From: Mobula hypostoma
Lineage: Eukaryota
Direction: 5' to 3'
Assembly: GCF_963921235.1 (NCBI RefSeq)
Contig: NC_086108.1
Coordinates: 106,580,001-106,644,000, forward strand
DNA length: 64,000 nt
How positions within the stretch are numbered: the first letter of the stretch is position 1; the number at the start of each line of letters is the position of its first letter. Below are positions 62,070 through 64,000 of this stretch, in pieces. A model generated the notes under the pieces. That model ran no database searches, had not been told where the DNA came from, and saw nothing but the letters and a program-made list of their open reading frames with translations. The translations under genes were made by a program, and so were the position numbers.

Positions 62070-62566
62070 TTATCTTTATCTGAGAAAGGATGTATTGTCA
62101 TTGGAGAGAGTCCAGAGGAGGTTCACAAAGGTGATGAGGAGTGTTTGGCAGCTTTGGGCCTGTACTCATTGGAATTTAGAAGAATGCAGTGGAGTTTCAT
62201 GGAAAACTACTGAATGTTGAAAGGACCAGATAAGTTGGATGTAGAGAGGATGTTTCCTCTAGTGGGGGTATCCAGAACTAAAGGGGACAGCCTCAAAATT
62301 GAGGGGTGACCTTTTAGAACATAAGTAAGGAGAAATTTTTTTAGGCAAAGACTGGTGAAACTGTGGAATCTGCCACAGACTACACAGGAGGCCAAGTCCG
62401 TGGGTAGATTCAAAGCAGACGTTGATAGACTCCTGATTGGTCAGGGCATCAAGGGATACAGTGTATGTGGTTGAATGGGATCTGGAATCAACCATGATGG
62501 AATGGTGGAGCAGACCGGATGGGCTAATTGGCCTAATTCCACTCTTATGTCTTATGGTCTTATGGA
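62070..62566 (+). mobile_element. CR1 3' fragment
   Basis: gagagtccagaggaggttcac; tail cttatgtcttatggtcttatgg. Confidence 0.8.
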
Positions 62567-63184
62567 CTGTCAGTCTGTCTATCTATCCGTAGTCGGTCTG
62601 TCTATCTAACATTTAAGAGGTATTTGACAGGCAGATAAACAGACAGGGAAACGAGGAGACAGGAACCATGTACAGGCAGATGTGATTACATTGGCATCAA
62701 GTTCAGAACAGACGTGGAACATAGTTCACAGAGAATAGAATGGTAGAGCACAGCAAAAGGCCTTTAGTCCACAATGCTGTGCTGAATTAAATTAGTAACT
62801 AATTGCCCAGTGAAACTAACCCCTTCTGCCTTCACAATGTCCATATCTTTTCAGTTCCTGCATATTCACTTGCCCATCTAGGAGCCTGTTGAATGTCCCT
62901 AACATAGCTGCCTCCACCATCCAAGCCCAGCAGCACATTCTAGACACCAATCCCTCTGCGAGTCAAAGCCTTGCCCGCAGCATCTCATTAGAACTTAGCC
63001 GCTTTCACCTTAAATGCACATCCTCTGCTATTACACATATCAGCTCTGGGGAAAGAAGAAGCTGGCTGTCTGCACTGTTTATGCCTCTTTTAACCGTAAA
63101 ACTTCTATCATGTCTCCTCTCAACCTCTGCTACCCAAGATAAAACACCCCAAGTTTTTACATTAGGTACTGCTTTGATCTGCAA

Positions 63185-63738
63185 TTGTCCACAAAAAATT
63201 GCAGAGTTGTGGACACAGCTCGGAACATCACAGAAACCAGATTCCCCTCCATGGACTCTGTCTACTGCCCTAGTGAAGCAGCCAACATAATCAAAGACCT
63301 CACCCATCCTGGGCATTCTCTCTCCTCCCTTCTTCCATTGGGCAGAAGATACAAAAGTCTAAATACATGTACCGCAGGCAAAAGGACATCTTCTACCCAA
63401 CTGTTATCAGACTATTAAGTAGTTCCCTAGTATGATAAATTGGAGACCTGACCTCACAATCAACATCGTTATAGCCTTTGCACCTTATTGTTTTTGTTCC
63501 ACTGCACTTTCTCAGTTACGTATAGCTGGCTGGTGGTGTAGTGGCATTAACACCAGCACCAGACTTCGAGGCGAATGGCCCCAAGTTCAAATCCGGCCAG
63601 CCCCTTGCACACTTTCCATCCATACTGGGTTGAGCTTTGAGCTAGCAACTTGGCTTTGTAAAAAATGCCGCCAGATGCACCACATGGTGTGAAAAAGAAC
63701 AATAAATTTCTCCGTAGCTGTTACACTTTATTCTGCAT
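63185..63738 (+). mobile_element. Rex1/Babar-type LINE 3' fragment
   Basis: ORF 63185..63418 HPGHSLSSLLPLGRRYKSL. Confidence 0.75.
63524..63707 (+). mobile_element. tRNA-derived SINE
   Basis: Pol III A box tggtgtagtgg and B box gttcaaatcc, followed by a non-tRNA body; interrupts the Rex 3'UTR. Confidence 0.6.
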
Positions 63739-64000
63739 AACCATATAACAATTACAGCATGGAAACAGGCCATCTCAGCCCTTCTACTCTGTGCCGAATT
63801 CATACTCTCACCTAGTCCCACCGACCTGCACTCGGTCCAGAACCCTCCATTCCCTTCCTTTCCATATATTTATCCAATTTAACTTTAAACGACAACATCG
63901 AACCTGCCTCAAACACTTCTGCTGGAAGCTCATTCCACACAGCCACCACTCTCTGAGTAAAGAAGTTCCCCCTCATGTTACCCCCAAACTTTTGCCCTTT
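63739..64000 (-). mobile_element. CR1 3' end, runs off window end
   Basis: Reverse of ttctttactcagagagtggtggctgtgtggaatgagcttcca; tail aaccatataacaa. Confidence 0.85.

Larger units (their letters stand above)
55752..62083 (+). mobile_element. Decayed Gypsy-type LTR retrotransposon (partial LTR + PNMA-like gag), interrupted at 57301-61551
   Basis: LTR-like part shares gagctccaac.tgtgcac and cacagcat.cacacaaac with the solo LTRs; gag fragments on both sides of the nested inserts. Confidence 0.8.

Noticed and set aside
63524..63600. tRNA gene
   Set aside because: A and B boxes are present but there is no clean cloverleaf, and it continues into a SINE body inserted in another repeat

Overview
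Eukaryotic, repeat-dominated DNA with no recognisable host protein-coding gene, so probably intergenic or deep intronic. The repeat mix suggests a cartilaginous fish, probably a ray (inference, not proven). It includes many CR1-type LINEs with short microsatellite tails, Rex1/Babar-type LINE ends, Penelope-like elements (RT + GIY-YIG), V-SINE/HE1-like SINEs, short RTE-derived elements, Gypsy-type solo LTRs, a decayed Gypsy element with a PNMA-like gag, a Charlie-type hAT transposon and a Tc1 relic. Almost all long ORFs are transposon ORFs or their antisense shadows; the best preserved is a 751-aa 5'-truncated CR1 ORF2 (20245-22500). The most interesting layer is RNA structure in short non-autonomous retroelements, all folded by eye and untested. 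(i) A young 567-bp TSD-flanked RTE-derived element (46309-46875, minus) begins with a complete HDV-like ribozyme fold, has its predicted cleavage site at the element boundary, and carries an unusual hairpin inserted in L3. (ii) A second HDV-like fold starts an unrelated RTE-type SINE (41370). (iii) About 15 decayed minimal hammerhead motifs sit in Penelope termini. (iv) A possible twister relic lies at 9141-9192. (v) A multi-helix 5' leader of no recognised class occurs in another short RTE family (43288-43605, 45072-45405). Also notable are a five-level nested insertion stack (55752-62083) and a duplicated ~115-bp non-TE AT-rich motif (44825 and 48261). Boundaries of old repeats are approximate.
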